A stretch of DNA of 64,000 nucleotides from assembly GCA_963719505.1 (NCBI GenBank), contig CAVRCF010000005.1, positions 704,001 to 768,000 on the forward strand, written 5' to 3'. A program made the position numbers and the translations under genes. This document shows, piece after piece, positions 29,439 through 38,966 of this stretch (positions are counted from its first letter, which is position 1; each line of letters starts with the position of its first letter). This DNA comes from Halobacteriovoraceae bacterium (GTDB lineage: Bacteria; Bdellovibrionota; Bacteriovoracia; Bacteriovoracales; Bacteriovoracaceae). The notes beneath the pieces were generated by a model that did no database searches, was not told where the DNA came from, and worked only from the letters and a program-made list of their open reading frames with translations.

Positions 29439-29804
29439 ATGATAAAAAGTTTGGCTTTAATTGCCCATGATCATCAAAAAGATAAATTAGTCGATTTCGC
29501 AAAAAGAAATTTCAAAGAGCTATCCGGCTTAGAGCTTTATGCGACCGGAACGACAGCTAAAAGGCTTGCGCAGATAGGACTGACAAATATTACAGCTGTG
29601 GCCAGCGGTCCTCATGGAGGAGATCTTCAAATTGGATCTCTTATTGTCGAAGACAAAATTGATGGAATGATCTTTTTATGGGATCCGCTCTCCCCACAAC
29701 CCCACGATGTTGATGTTAAGGCGCTTTTGAGAATTGCAGTTTTAAAAAATATTTTCTTGGCCAGTAATTTGAGATCAGCTGAGAGCCTTATCCACCACCT
29801 TTAG
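29439..29804 (+). CDS. mgsA: Methylglyoxal synthase
   Basis: LALIAHD..K, ATGTT, SGPHGGDLQIG, DPLSPQPHDVDVKALLR. Confidence 0.95.
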   Translation: MIKSLALIAHDHQKDKLVDFAKRNFKELSGLELYATGTTAKRLAQIGLTNITAVASGPHGGDLQIGSLIVEDKIDGMIFLWDPLSPQPHDVDVKALLRIAVLKNIFLASNLRSAESLIHHL

Positions 29805-30701
29805 ATCCAGCGCGGGCCTGGTCGATAATTCTAAAGTTGATACGGCTAGTTCGACCTCTCCTGCAGAATCATTAATCTTTTTAAGTATCGTCCTCGTGAG
29901 TAGATCTTTTGTTTTTCGTCGAAGTTTATAGTTTGTAATATACCTTAAGGTAAATTTAATTCCAGATGGGTCTATCAAACAAGTAACCATATGATCAATT
30001 TGGGCATCTTCGATCATAAATTTTCGAACCAGGTTCTTCCACTCTTCTTTTGATTCAATTTCAAACTGTTCAACAACTTCTTTAGCACTACTCTTTAGGA
30101 TTTCATCTGTTATTGCAATATCAGACTCAGATCTCACGACAATAGAGAGTTCATCCCACAAAAAAGGATACTCTCCAGAGTAGTTAAATACTGGCTCTTT
30201 AAAAACGAAGCTATTTAAAAGTCTTACAGTTCTTCCGTTGTAAAGATCGCCGTCGACCCAGTCTCCAATCTCCATCATGGTCGTTCTAAGGAGACCAATA
30301 TCAATAACATCTCCCCTTATACCACCGAGCTTTACTCGATCTCCTACACGATAAAAGTTATTAAAGGTGATAGCAAACCACCCAGCGAAAGAGGCTATTA
30401 CCTCTTGTAAGGCAAAGGCAATCCCTGCACCAGCAACTCCAAAAGCGACAGAAACCTCTCCTAGTTTGTCTGTGAAAATAACAATACTTGCGATAACGAT
30501 GAGTAAATAACTTAGAAAGCTTACAACTTTTTGAGATTGATATCGAGATGAGACAGAACTTACTTTTTTTCTAAAGTAAGTTTTTATAAATCTTGATATA
30601 CCCACGATAACTACGATCGTAATGATATAAATGACGATCTTTGACACCGCTGGATCAAAAAGCCATTTTTCTAGTTCTACATAATTCATTTTATTCTCCA
30701 C
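29775..30701 (-). CDS. MscS family mechanosensitive channel
   Basis: AGIAFALQE, YRVGDRV, GDVIDIG, NYS....LWDE. Confidence 0.9.
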   Translation of the reverse strand: MENKMNYVELEKWLFDPAVSKIVIYIITIVVIVGISRFIKTYFRKKVSSVSSRYQSQKVVSFLSYLLIVIASIVIFTDKLGEVSVAFGVAGAGIAFALQEVIASFAGWFAITFNNFYRVGDRVKLGGIRGDVIDIGLLRTTMMEIGDWVDGDLYNGRTVRLLNSFVFKEPVFNYSGEYPFLWDELSIVVRSESDIAITDEILKSSAKEVVEQFEIESKEEWKNLVRKFMIEDAQIDHMVTCLIDPSGIKFTLRYITNYKLRRKTKDLLTRTILKKINDSAGEVELAVSTLELSTRPALDLKVVDKALS

Positions 30702-30870
30702 CCTTACACCTTACTAAATAATACTTAGTACAAAAATGCAAACTCAGCACAATATAATGGCCAGTCAATCTCTCAACATATCTAGTAAAAGAGTGAAGTC
30801 GTGCCTTTGAACTCTTAAAAAAAAGAGGGAAAGCAAAGCTTCCCCCCAATATAACTATAAAAAAATAGTT

Positions 30871-31398
30871 TTAGTATGTATAACCTAAAGTCAAAAAGCC
30901 ATAAGCGTTTTCACCTGCTAAGTCATCATTTGACCAATTTAGAGCTGTCATGTACTCAAGCCCTACTGACCAATCTCTATTTAGGTAGTAAGAAGATCCG
31001 ATTCTAAAGAGCGGACCGAAGGTCGTTTCGTCATCGTCAGTGTCTCCAGCATCTTCGTGTCTCATTATAGCAAGACCAGTACCAAGATAGACATCTGCAT
31101 TTGAGTTATCCTCCAGATGATGAATAAGGGAGGATCCGACAAGTAATTGTCTATCTTTTTGACCTAAACCGTCAGCTCCATTATCCCCAGAACTCATAAC
31201 AAGGGCATCGACACCTAAAGAGCCTTTTCTTCTTTCATGAGAAACACCACCGTTAAAAGTTGTATTTGAAAACCCACCGTATAACTTAGATATACCTGTT
31301 GAATTTTCCCAGTTTCTCTCGATCTTCTCTTCCAAATCTGCCATGGCAGCACCAGAGATTAGTGCTGTTGACAGCAATGTTGCATTTAAAACTTTCAT
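30871..31398 (-). CDS. Small outer-membrane beta-barrel (OmpW/OmpA-TM-like)
   Basis: Signal peptide, VYLGTGL, WSVGLEY, C-terminal LGYTY. Confidence 0.7.
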   Translation of the reverse strand: MKVLNATLLSTALISGAAMADLEEKIERNWENSTGISKLYGGFSNTTFNGGVSHERRKGSLGVDALVMSSGDNGADGLGQKDRQLLVGSSLIHHLEDNSNADVYLGTGLAIMRHEDAGDTDDDETTFGPLFRIGSSYYLNRDWSVGLEYMTALNWSNDDLAGENAYGFLTLGYTY

Positions 31399-31428
31399 TC
31401 TTTATAATCCTTTATTCAAATTTAATAC

Positions 31429-31602
31429 TTATACGTTTTTAGATTTTGAAGCCATCCCTCTGATCAGAGAAATAACAAAGAATGCTAAAAACAAGAAAAA
31501 ACAAATTTTTGCAAATCCTGCGGCAGCACCTGCAACTCCGCCAAAACCTAGAACTGCAGCAATAATTGAAATGAATAAAAATGTGATTGTCCAACTTAAC
31601 AT
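31429..31602 (-). CDS. DUF1328/YtjA family small membrane protein, 57 aa (not in ORF track)
   Basis: Manual translation [49 protein letters not shown]...; AGGAGG RBS. Confidence 0.9.
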   Translation of the reverse strand: MLSWTITFLFISIIAAVLGFGGVAGAAAGFAKICFFLFLAFFVISLIRGMASKSKNV

Positions 31603-31678
31603 AAAAACCTCCTAAAGTTTTGTTGTTATAAGATTAGTCCAAATAAACTCTTCATTCCTGCCCAGTTAGTTTAGTAAA

Positions 31679-31696
31679 TGTGTAAAATTATAAACA
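31679..31696. promoter_or_regulatory. TGTGT-N8-ACACA palindrome copy (TGTGT AAAATTAT AAACA)
   Basis: Between the divergent DUF1328 (31602) and clpB (31765) starts. Confidence 0.6.
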
Positions 31697-31712
31697 TGAT
31701 GGATACTTCACC

Positions 31713-31740
31713 TTGACAGCGAACTTTTCGACCTTATCTT
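31713..31740 (+). promoter_or_regulatory. Sigma70-like promoter upstream of clpB
   Basis: TTGACA-16 nt-TATCTT. Confidence 0.45.
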
Positions 31741-31764
31741 ATAAATGTATATAGCGAAGGAGTT

Positions 31765-34116
31765 ATGATGAACAATTTTAATAAGATAGTTGAAGGTTCT
31801 TTAAGTATAGCGCAGTCAAAGGCTATTGAGCTCAAAAACACGGAGCTAGTGCCAATGCATCTTCTTTATGGTCTCATAAAGAACCCCGCAAGCTATGTCT
31901 CAAAAAATTTAAAAGAGCAAATTGATCAGATTGAAGCAAACCTAGGTAATTTACCAACTTCTTCCTCTATTAAAGAAGATAGTATAAGACCAAGTTCAAA
32001 GCTATCAGCTTGGCTAACCCAAGCCAACGCCAATGCCACTCAAAACGGAAAAAGTGAAGTCACTGAGAAGGATCTTATCAAGTTTCTTCCTCAATTTTTT
32101 CCGCAGCTCGATATAGATTTTTCAAAATTTAATGTGGATGAAGAGGAACTTGAAGTTCCAAGCTTCCTGGTTAACCTCAATGATAAGGCTGCCAGCGGAA
32201 AGCTTGATCCTGTTATTGGAAGAACAAAGGAAATTAGAGCTGTCATGGAGATATTGGGCCGAAGAACTAAGAATAACCCGGTCTTGGTAGGACCTGCTGG
32301 GGTTGGAAAGACGGCTATCATTGAGGGATTAGCTGAAGCGATTGTTAAAGGTAATGTATCAGATGTTTTAAAAGGAAAAACTATATATAGTATGGAGTTG
32401 GGATCTTTAATTGCAGGGACGAAATATAGAGGCGAATTTGAAGAAAGAATACAGTCCCTTTTAAAGTTTGCTGAAAAAGGTGCTGGCGAATACATAATTT
32501 TTATTGATGAAATTCATCAACTCATTGGTGCGGGAAAAACTGACGGTGCAATGGATGCTGCGAATCTTTTAAAACCGGCCCTATCTAGAGGTGAGCTCCA
32601 CTGTATTGGGGCAACCACAGAAAATGAATTTCAAAAGTATATTTTAAACGATGCTGCTCTAGAAAGACGCTTTAGACAAGTTCCAGTTAGAGAGCCATCA
32701 ATGGATGACTCGGTTGAAATCCTTATGGGAATTAGAGATAAGTATGAAGGTCACCACGGAATAAAAATATCCGATGAAGCTCTCTACAGTGCCGTTACTC
32801 TCTCTGATCAATACCTCACAGATAAGAATTTGCCCGACAAGGCGATAGACTTAATTGATGAGTCAGCCTCTGCGTTGAAGCTTTCAGCAGAAGCTATGCC
32901 GGCTGAGCTTGAGCTTTTAAAAGCAGAGATAAGAAATAAAAAGATTCTCTCAAAAGTAAATCCAAGCAAGGAACTCGAAGAGGATATTTCAAAACTACAA
33001 ATATCTTTTGATGAGTCTTATTTGAAATGGGAAGCCCAAGTTGGTAATCTTAAAAAAGTCTCCGATCTAAAAAGTCAGTATGAAACCTTGAAGTTTAATC
33101 TCGAAAAAGCGGAAAGAGAACAAAACTACGAAGAGGCTTCTAAGATAAAATACTCTCAGCTGCCTGAGGTTGAAAAAGAGTTGAAAGAATTTAATCACGG
33201 CTGGGAGCTAAAGACCGAACATATTGCCTCTGTCATTGCAAGACAGACAGGTATTCCTGTTTCTAAAATATTAAAGTCTAAGCAAGACTCTCTTTTAAAT
33301 CTTGAGGACGACCTCAATAAGAATGTCTACGGTCAAAATGAAGCGCTTCACGAAATTAGTGAAACACTTCTGGCAAGCTATGCAGGTCTCACGGATGAAA
33401 CAAAGCCCTTGGGATCTTTTTTACTGAAAGGACCAACAGGTGTGGGTAAAACTGAAACCGCAAAGACACTTGCTAAAAACCTCTTTGATTCAGAAGATAA
33501 TATCGTACGAATTGACTTGTCTGAATATTCAGAGAAACATTCTGTGGCAAAGCTCATCGGCTCCCCCGCTGGATATGTCGGTTATGATGATGGTGGTATC
33601 CTTACAGAAGCCATTAGAAGAAAACCTTACAGTGTTGTCCTTTTCGACGAAATAGAGAAAGCTCATCCAGACTTTTCAGATATTCTCCTCCAAATCCTTG
33701 ATGACGGACGTCTCACAGATAACAAAGGAAGGGTTATAAACTTTAAAAATACAGTCATTTTCTTGACCTCAAACTCAAAAAACGTTGAAGCTGACTTTAA
33801 ACCAGAAGTGCTAGGAAGACTTGATTCTATAATAGATTTCAAAGCTCTGGATAAGTCAGTGATGAAAAGCCTTGTGGAGAAGCAAATCATTCAGCTGGCA
33901 CAGAGGCTCAAGTCAAAGAAGATAGAGGTCAATTTTACTGAGAAAGCCATCTCCCATATTGCGGAACTTGGCTTTAGCGACAAGTATGGTGCCAGACCAC
34001 TTCAAAGCACCTTTAATAGGTTAATTATCAGACCTTTGTCCAAGCTAATCTTGGCCGGAGAACCAAAGTCGAAGATAGAAGTTGACTCAATAGATGGTGA
34101 AATTAAGATAAACTAA
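31765..34116 (+). CDS. clpB: ClpB-type AAA+ disaggregase
   Basis: GKLDPVIGR, GPAGVGKT, IFIDEIH, LPDKAIDLIDE, coiled middle domain, GPTGVGKTE, GARPL. Confidence 0.88.
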   Translation: MMNNFNKIVEGSLSIAQSKAIELKNTELVPMHLLYGLIKNPASYVSKNLKEQIDQIEANLGNLPTSSSIKEDSIRPSSKLSAWLTQANANATQNGKSEVTEKDLIKFLPQFFPQLDIDFSKFNVDEEELEVPSFLVNLNDKAASGKLDPVIGRTKEIRAVMEILGRRTKNNPVLVGPAGVGKTAIIEGLAEAIVKGNVSDVLKGKTIYSMELGSLIAGTKYRGEFEERIQSLLKFAEKGAGEYIIFIDEIHQLIGAGKTDGAMDAANLLKPALSRGELHCIGATTENEFQKYILNDAALERRFRQVPVREPSMDDSVEILMGIRDKYEGHHGIKISDEALYSAVTLSDQYLTDKNLPDKAIDLIDESASALKLSAEAMPAELELLKAEIRNKKILSKVNPSKELEEDISKLQISFDESYLKWEAQVGNLKKVSDLKSQYETLKFNLEKAEREQNYEEASKIKYSQLPEVEKELKEFNHGWELKTEHIASVIARQTGIPVSKILKSKQDSLLNLEDDLNKNVYGQNEALHEISETLLASYAGLTDETKPLGSFLLKGPTGVGKTETAKTLAKNLFDSEDNIVRIDLSEYSEKHSVAKLIGSPAGYVGYDDGGILTEAIRRKPYSVVLFDEIEKAHPDFSDILLQILDDGRLTDNKGRVINFKNTVIFLTSNSKNVEADFKPEVLGRLDSIIDFKALDKSVMKSLVEKQIIQLAQRLKSKKIEVNFTEKAISHIAELGFSDKYGARPLQSTFNRLIIRPLSKLILAGEPKSKIEVDSIDGEIKIN

Positions 34117-34287
34117 AACTTGCTGAACCATACTTTAAGATTTTTTGATTTGTGAACAGAATTATATATTACTGAGATGACAAATATCTAACCTTAAGTT
34201 ATCTTAAACCTCTGTATCCTGTTATACGATAATTTAGTATCTTATCGTTTAGTAGAATATTAAGATGAAAATTGCGAGGATTGGTTT

Positions 34288-34683
34288 ATGCTGAGTTTAT
34301 ATAAGTTTCTAGTCGTTGATGACACCAAATTTATGAGAGCAAAGACAACAAGACTCCTTGAAGATAAAGGCGCATCAATTGCATCCATTTATGAAGCTGA
34401 GAATGGACGTGAAGCCATGCAGGTTCTTAAACGTCACCCGGATATTAATTTTATCTTGTGTGACCTCAACATGCCAGAGAGAAACGGATTAGAGTTTTTG
34501 GAAGATGTTAGAACGTCTAAAGATGAAACCATAGCGAAAAAGAAATTCATACTTGTCACGACCGATTCAGAAAAAGATAAAGTTATTACGGCTTTAAAGT
34601 TGAAAGTTAATGGCTACGTTTTAAAATCAGAGATGGAAGATAAACTTGTAGATGAAATAATCAGAGTACTGGGAGTAGTATGA
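34288..34683 (+). CDS. Stand-alone receiver (CheY-like)
   Basis: VVDD, CDLNMP, VTT, YVLK. Confidence 0.88.
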   Translation: MLSLYKFLVVDDTKFMRAKTTRLLEDKGASIASIYEAENGREAMQVLKRHPDINFILCDLNMPERNGLEFLEDVRTSKDETIAKKKFILVTTDSEKDKVITALKLKVNGYVLKSEMEDKLVDEIIRVLGVV

Positions 34684-35096
34684 CAATTGAAGTTAAGGGA
34701 ATAAGTATTCCTAAAGATTCCACATTTTTTGTGCTTGAAGACATGGAGAACTACCATGTAAATCTGAAAAAAGAATTATTTGCCATGGGCTTTCGTGGAA
34801 AATATCTAGCATTTTATACTCTTAAGGATGCTCTCGATAATTTAGATTCTGTCAATCCAGACTTCTTTATCAGTGACTGGAACCTACCTGATGGTCAGGG
34901 AATAGCTCTTTTAGATGTCGTAAGATCTAATTCTAAAAATGCAAAAAAACCTTTCATGATGATGACAACCGTTGATGATATAAATAAAATACTAGATGCT
35001 ATCAAAAAGGGTGCTGACGGCTACGTCGTCAAGCCTTGGCAGATGGGAGATATTGAAGAAGCACTCTCCCACGCTTATGAGAAGAGAGCTAATTAA
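34680..35096 (+). CDS. Stand-alone receiver (CheY-like)
   Basis: VLED, SDWNLP, MMTT, YVVKP. Confidence 0.88.
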   Translation: MTIEVKGISIPKDSTFFVLEDMENYHVNLKKELFAMGFRGKYLAFYTLKDALDNLDSVNPDFFISDWNLPDGQGIALLDVVRSNSKNAKKPFMMMTTVDDINKILDAIKKGADGYVVKPWQMGDIEEALSHAYEKRAN

Positions 35097-35463
35097 CATT
35101 TAACTTTATTTTCATCTTTGGGTGAATCATACACTTGACTTCGTATTCACCCTTTTTATTTAATGTAATTGTTTTATCGTTGTCCTTGCCTGGATTCTGA
35201 ATCTTAACATCGAAAACCTTCTCACCATCAAGCTTACCATTAACATTGTGTCTAGCATCGTCTCGATTTAAGAAATTAATTTTATCTCCAACCTTTAAGT
35301 CCATTTTTTCAACTTTGTATTTTTCTTCAATTGACTCATCATCGAAAACTTTGCTCGCTTGCTCTTCTGTAATGTCTTTTAAAAACACCTTATCTACTTG
35401 GTAGATATTTACCTCAGCTGAAAAAACAACCCCTGACAATAAACTAAGAAGTAAAAGTTTCAT
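35089..35463 (-). CDS. Secreted cupredoxin (plastocyanin/amicyanin-like)
   Basis: VGDKINFLNRD..RHNV and C-MI-H-PK-M type-1 copper ligand pattern. Confidence 0.85.
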   Translation of the reverse strand: MKLLLLSLLSGVVFSAEVNIYQVDKVFLKDITEEQASKVFDDESIEEKYKVEKMDLKVGDKINFLNRDDARHNVNGKLDGEKVFDVKIQNPGKDNDKTITLNKKGEYEVKCMIHPKMKIKLNVN

Positions 35464-37603
35464 AATTTTCCTTTTTTATAAAGAAGTTAAAAGTTGTTCC
35501 TTCTTTTAATTTGGATTGGACACTTATTTGCCCACCCATCTGCTCTATGCTTTTTTTAACTGCATCCATGCCGATGCCTCTTCCAGACAGATCTGACACG
35601 TCATTTTTTGTTGAAAGACCTGGCATAAAAATCAAATCTATTTTATCTTGATCTGTGAAACTTTCACTTTCCTCAATAAGCTCTCTCTCTATTGCTTTAT
35701 GATAAAGGATATCACCGTCAATGCCGTTGCCGTCATCAGAAACTATAAACTGGTAAGTCGTCTCAGTTTCAAGTGCCTTAATTGTTATTTTTCCTTTCTC
35801 ACCCTTAGAGAGCTCTCTTCTTCGAGATTTGTCTTCAATACCATGATCAGCTATATTTCTAAGAATATGGGAGAAGCTTAAATCTAATTTTTTTAACGTT
35901 TGAAGCTTTAGATCAAATGGAGCATCTACTTCTAGCTCCATGTCTTTATCGCTCAACTGTGAAGCCATGGCACGAACAAAGTCTTTATACTTTTTAAATT
36001 TTTCCTCGACAGGGAATGCATCTAGATTTTTTGCAAGTACTTTGCACTTAGGTGGTATTCCAGGGTAATTGATCAGCTCATCGATTTTACTTGGATTGCA
36101 GTAATAACCGTCCTCTTCGTTGTCTAATCTTAAAATATTATTTACTTCAAGCTTTATTTGGTTGAAGTCGACTTTAATTTCTTCCAATCGATGTAGGATA
36201 TCAATCTCTTCAAGGCCTATAATGTCGCTTTCGAGATCATGTACCAAAAGGGATGTTGAATCAAATTTATTAAGAGAAAGAAGTCCCTTTATCGAGTGTA
36301 AATCCCTTAGTCTATCCTCGATACTTTGAGACTTCAGAAAGCCTAAAAGTAAGTCATCGGTCTCTTTGACAAAACCAAAGTAGCCACTGATATCTGAAGA
36401 GACAAATGAGACTCTTTGAACCTGATTCTCTAGAGCTTTTGCTTTTCTTCTGGTTGCAATTAAATCAGTCATATCTCTTATGATGACAATAATTCGAATA
36501 AGAGATCCTTTTGCATCATTTACCGCTTTAAAGGATATCTCAAGATTTCTATCCTGAAGATCAATTCTATTTGGAAGAAGTCTCATTGCAGATTCAAAAC
36601 CAAGAATCCCGGAGTAAGCTGTCTCAATAACATCCCTAACCCTCACGTCTTTTACTAAAAGAGCTTCATAGACTTCGGAAAGATGGGTCAAATTCCTCAT
36701 ATTAGGAACAATCTCATCAGTTCTAGGTGAACGCTCAGGCGAGATATTTCCTTTTTCGTTGATATAAAAAAGTCCAAAAGGCAAAGAAGCAAGAAGAGTT
36801 GTCATCCCCTTATCTTTTCTTTCTATGGTATCAAGCATAATATTGAGAGAGTCAGAGAGATCACCAAACTCATCATTGTTTTTTAAATGAGATCTTTTGG
36901 AGTAGTCACCTTCTTTGACCTTTTCACAAACTTTCTCTAGCTTTCCAAGTGGCTTTATAATAAGAAATGCCACGACAAAAGAGAACAGAATACTGAGAAC
37001 AACACCCAGCGAAGTCGCAATTGAAGTTTCTTTGAGATTCTTCTTGTTTAGCTCCTCTGAGTCTAGTCGAAATAAGTATCCATTTTCAGCAGAGTCATCA
37101 AAGATCTTTTCTGCGTCTGAGACAATTTCTCTCGAAACACTGTTTGCGTTCCATTCGTCATAGAGATCAAAGAACTTTGTATTTCCTTTCAATAATCTTT
37201 GTTCTTTTTGCAAAAGGATTTCATCTTCCACAACTTTGAGTCGCTCAAGATCTTCATCAATTTCGGAGAGGAGACTCTCTTTGTTAGCACTCAAAGACCT
37301 CTCTTTTACAACACCAAGGTCCTCAATAATCGTTTTAAATGATCGCTTTACTTTCTTCTTTAAAACTTTGAAAGCCTCTTTGTCTCTGGATAGAAGAGCC
37401 TCTTGTATAAGACCTTTATGCTTTGAAATATCGTACATGACAGCTTTAGCAAACTGGCCAGTCATCAAGGTATTGTCATACGTTGTGTAGACAAGCTTTG
37501 CTGTTTGATCAATTTGTTTGTAACTATTAATACCTATAAAAGCTGAAATAAGTACAAGAAGACTAAAAACGGCAATTAACTTTAACTTTATGGAAATTCG
37601 CAT
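35444..37603 (-). CDS. Membrane CheA-like kinase: periplasmic helical sensor, HAMP, PAS-like, Hpt, HATPase; no CheW domain seen
   Basis: 2 TM, HAMP (PLGKL...DEFGDLSDSLN), RDLHSIKG, HILRNIADHGIE, DDGNGID, SGRGIGM; start 37603 (MRISIK) preferred. Confidence 0.8.
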   Translation of the reverse strand: MRISIKLKLIAVFSLLVLISAFIGINSYKQIDQTAKLVYTTYDNTLMTGQFAKAVMYDISKHKGLIQEALLSRDKEAFKVLKKKVKRSFKTIIEDLGVVKERSLSANKESLLSEIDEDLERLKVVEDEILLQKEQRLLKGNTKFFDLYDEWNANSVSREIVSDAEKIFDDSAENGYLFRLDSEELNKKNLKETSIATSLGVVLSILFSFVVAFLIIKPLGKLEKVCEKVKEGDYSKRSHLKNNDEFGDLSDSLNIMLDTIERKDKGMTTLLASLPFGLFYINEKGNISPERSPRTDEIVPNMRNLTHLSEVYEALLVKDVRVRDVIETAYSGILGFESAMRLLPNRIDLQDRNLEISFKAVNDAKGSLIRIIVIIRDMTDLIATRRKAKALENQVQRVSFVSSDISGYFGFVKETDDLLLGFLKSQSIEDRLRDLHSIKGLLSLNKFDSTSLLVHDLESDIIGLEEIDILHRLEEIKVDFNQIKLEVNNILRLDNEEDGYYCNPSKIDELINYPGIPPKCKVLAKNLDAFPVEEKFKKYKDFVRAMASQLSDKDMELEVDAPFDLKLQTLKKLDLSFSHILRNIADHGIEDKSRRRELSKGEKGKITIKALETETTYQFIVSDDGNGIDGDILYHKAIERELIEESESFTDQDKIDLIFMPGLSTKNDVSDLSGRGIGMDAVKKSIEQMGGQISVQSKLKEGTTFNFFIKKENYETFTS

Positions 37604-37616
37604 ATGCCTTACTTTG

Positions 37617-38024
37617 TTAATGATTAATAACATCCTTATTCATAGGAGCTAGTTTTGCTAAAAGTTTATTTTGCAACCTTGGACTAATGTCATTTTCTCT
37701 CATCGTCTGTTGTAGAACTTCAACAAGTTTGTAAAAGTGTGAAGCTTTAATATCGTGACCTTTATGGGCTCTTTTCATATTCTTACCAGAATATTTACAA
37801 GGACCATTGAGTTCAGCACAAAACTGCTCAGCCAGTTTTTCCTTAAAACGCTTTATATCTGTTTCAACAAAAAACGGTTTCATTTTTTCGTTGGATTGAA
37901 GCTTTAAGGTAAACTCATCAACAATTTTATTAATCTTTTTCATGCCACCAAATTTTTCAAAATCTGAAGATGAATAAGATGCAAATGAGATAATAAGGGT
38001 TATCATTAAAATAATATTTTTCAT
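37617..38024 (-). CDS. Group 1 truncated hemoglobin with signal peptide
   Basis: FEKFGG, PFF, QFC....GPCKYSG..M..AH. Confidence 0.88.
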   Translation of the reverse strand: MKNIILMITLIISFASYSSSDFEKFGGMKKINKIVDEFTLKLQSNEKMKPFFVETDIKRFKEKLAEQFCAELNGPCKYSGKNMKRAHKGHDIKASHFYKLVEVLQQTMRENDISPRLQNKLLAKLAPMNKDVINH

Positions 38025-38884
38025 TAAAAACCTACTTGTAGTGAAGTGTAAATACCGCTTTGATTATCGCGAACAGCTATGTTTCCAAGATCAACGTATG
38101 CTGTAGTGAGAGAAATGTTCTTTGTTGGGGCCCAAGCAAGATAAATATCCTTCCAATCTTCTTCCTCAAAGCTGGTCAGGTTATTAGGCTTATTTCTGTA
38201 TTCCATTCCTAAAACGAGATCATGCCTCAAAAGGTATCCAACGGATACTTCCGTCATCAATTCTCTTTCATCGTTTTCACCGCCACCAAATCCTAAGAAC
38301 CCTGTTTGATTGGCTTTGGTCGACCTTAAAGTTAGATTATAAAGCAAGCTTTGATTGAGAACAATCTTTGAAAATGAAACATAGTAGTCAACACCGATAT
38401 GATCCTCAGCTCCTAGCACTTTAACAAGATCCTCTTCTTGGTTCTCTTTTCTTTGAACCCCCACAGAAATTTGAGGTATCCAAGTGCCTTGATCCAGTAC
38501 CCCGTCACCATAGACTTTAACTTTTAAGCCCATAGTGTCTTGTTGAATACCAAACTGATCATTTTTTCCCAGGTTTGCTGAACTAACATCTTGAGTATAA
38601 AAAACTTGCTGAGAATATGAAAGCTCAACCAGATTTTTAAGACCAACGGTAATCCCCTGGGCCTTAACCGTATAGTCTTGGGTTCTAACTTCTGTGGCGT
38701 AGACATTTGCACCATACTCATCACGAGTGGCATAAGTACCAATGAAAGCCCAAGGAGTTAAACCTCCCCCAGCAGAACCTTCCAGCTGGGAAACCCCACC
38801 TGTTAAGAGAAGTTTTCCGGACATCGCTGAAGCTTGAAAAGTGGACCCTAAGACGAGGGCTCCAATTACTGCTCTTTTTAACAT
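38024..38884 (-). CDS. DUF3034 family exported/outer-membrane protein
   Basis: GKLLLTGGVSQLEGSAGGGLTPWA, EYRNKPNNL, AYVDLGNIA, YTSLQVGF. Confidence 0.85.
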   Translation of the reverse strand: MLKRAVIGALVLGSTFQASAMSGKLLLTGGVSQLEGSAGGGLTPWAFIGTYATRDEYGANVYATEVRTQDYTVKAQGITVGLKNLVELSYSQQVFYTQDVSSANLGKNDQFGIQQDTMGLKVKVYGDGVLDQGTWIPQISVGVQRKENQEEDLVKVLGAEDHIGVDYYVSFSKIVLNQSLLYNLTLRSTKANQTGFLGFGGGENDERELMTEVSVGYLLRHDLVLGMEYRNKPNNLTSFEEEDWKDIYLAWAPTKNISLTTAYVDLGNIAVRDNQSGIYTSLQVGF

Positions 38885-38966
38885 TTTTACCTTCCTTAAC
38901 TGAAATAAGCTTTAATTATATGAAATTAATTTTTAAAACACAAAATTTATTGCTACTGTATAAACT

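Noticed and set aside
31343-31615. 90-aa plus-strand ORF
   Set aside because: Antisense to the clearly recognisable DUF1328 gene and the beta-barrel start.
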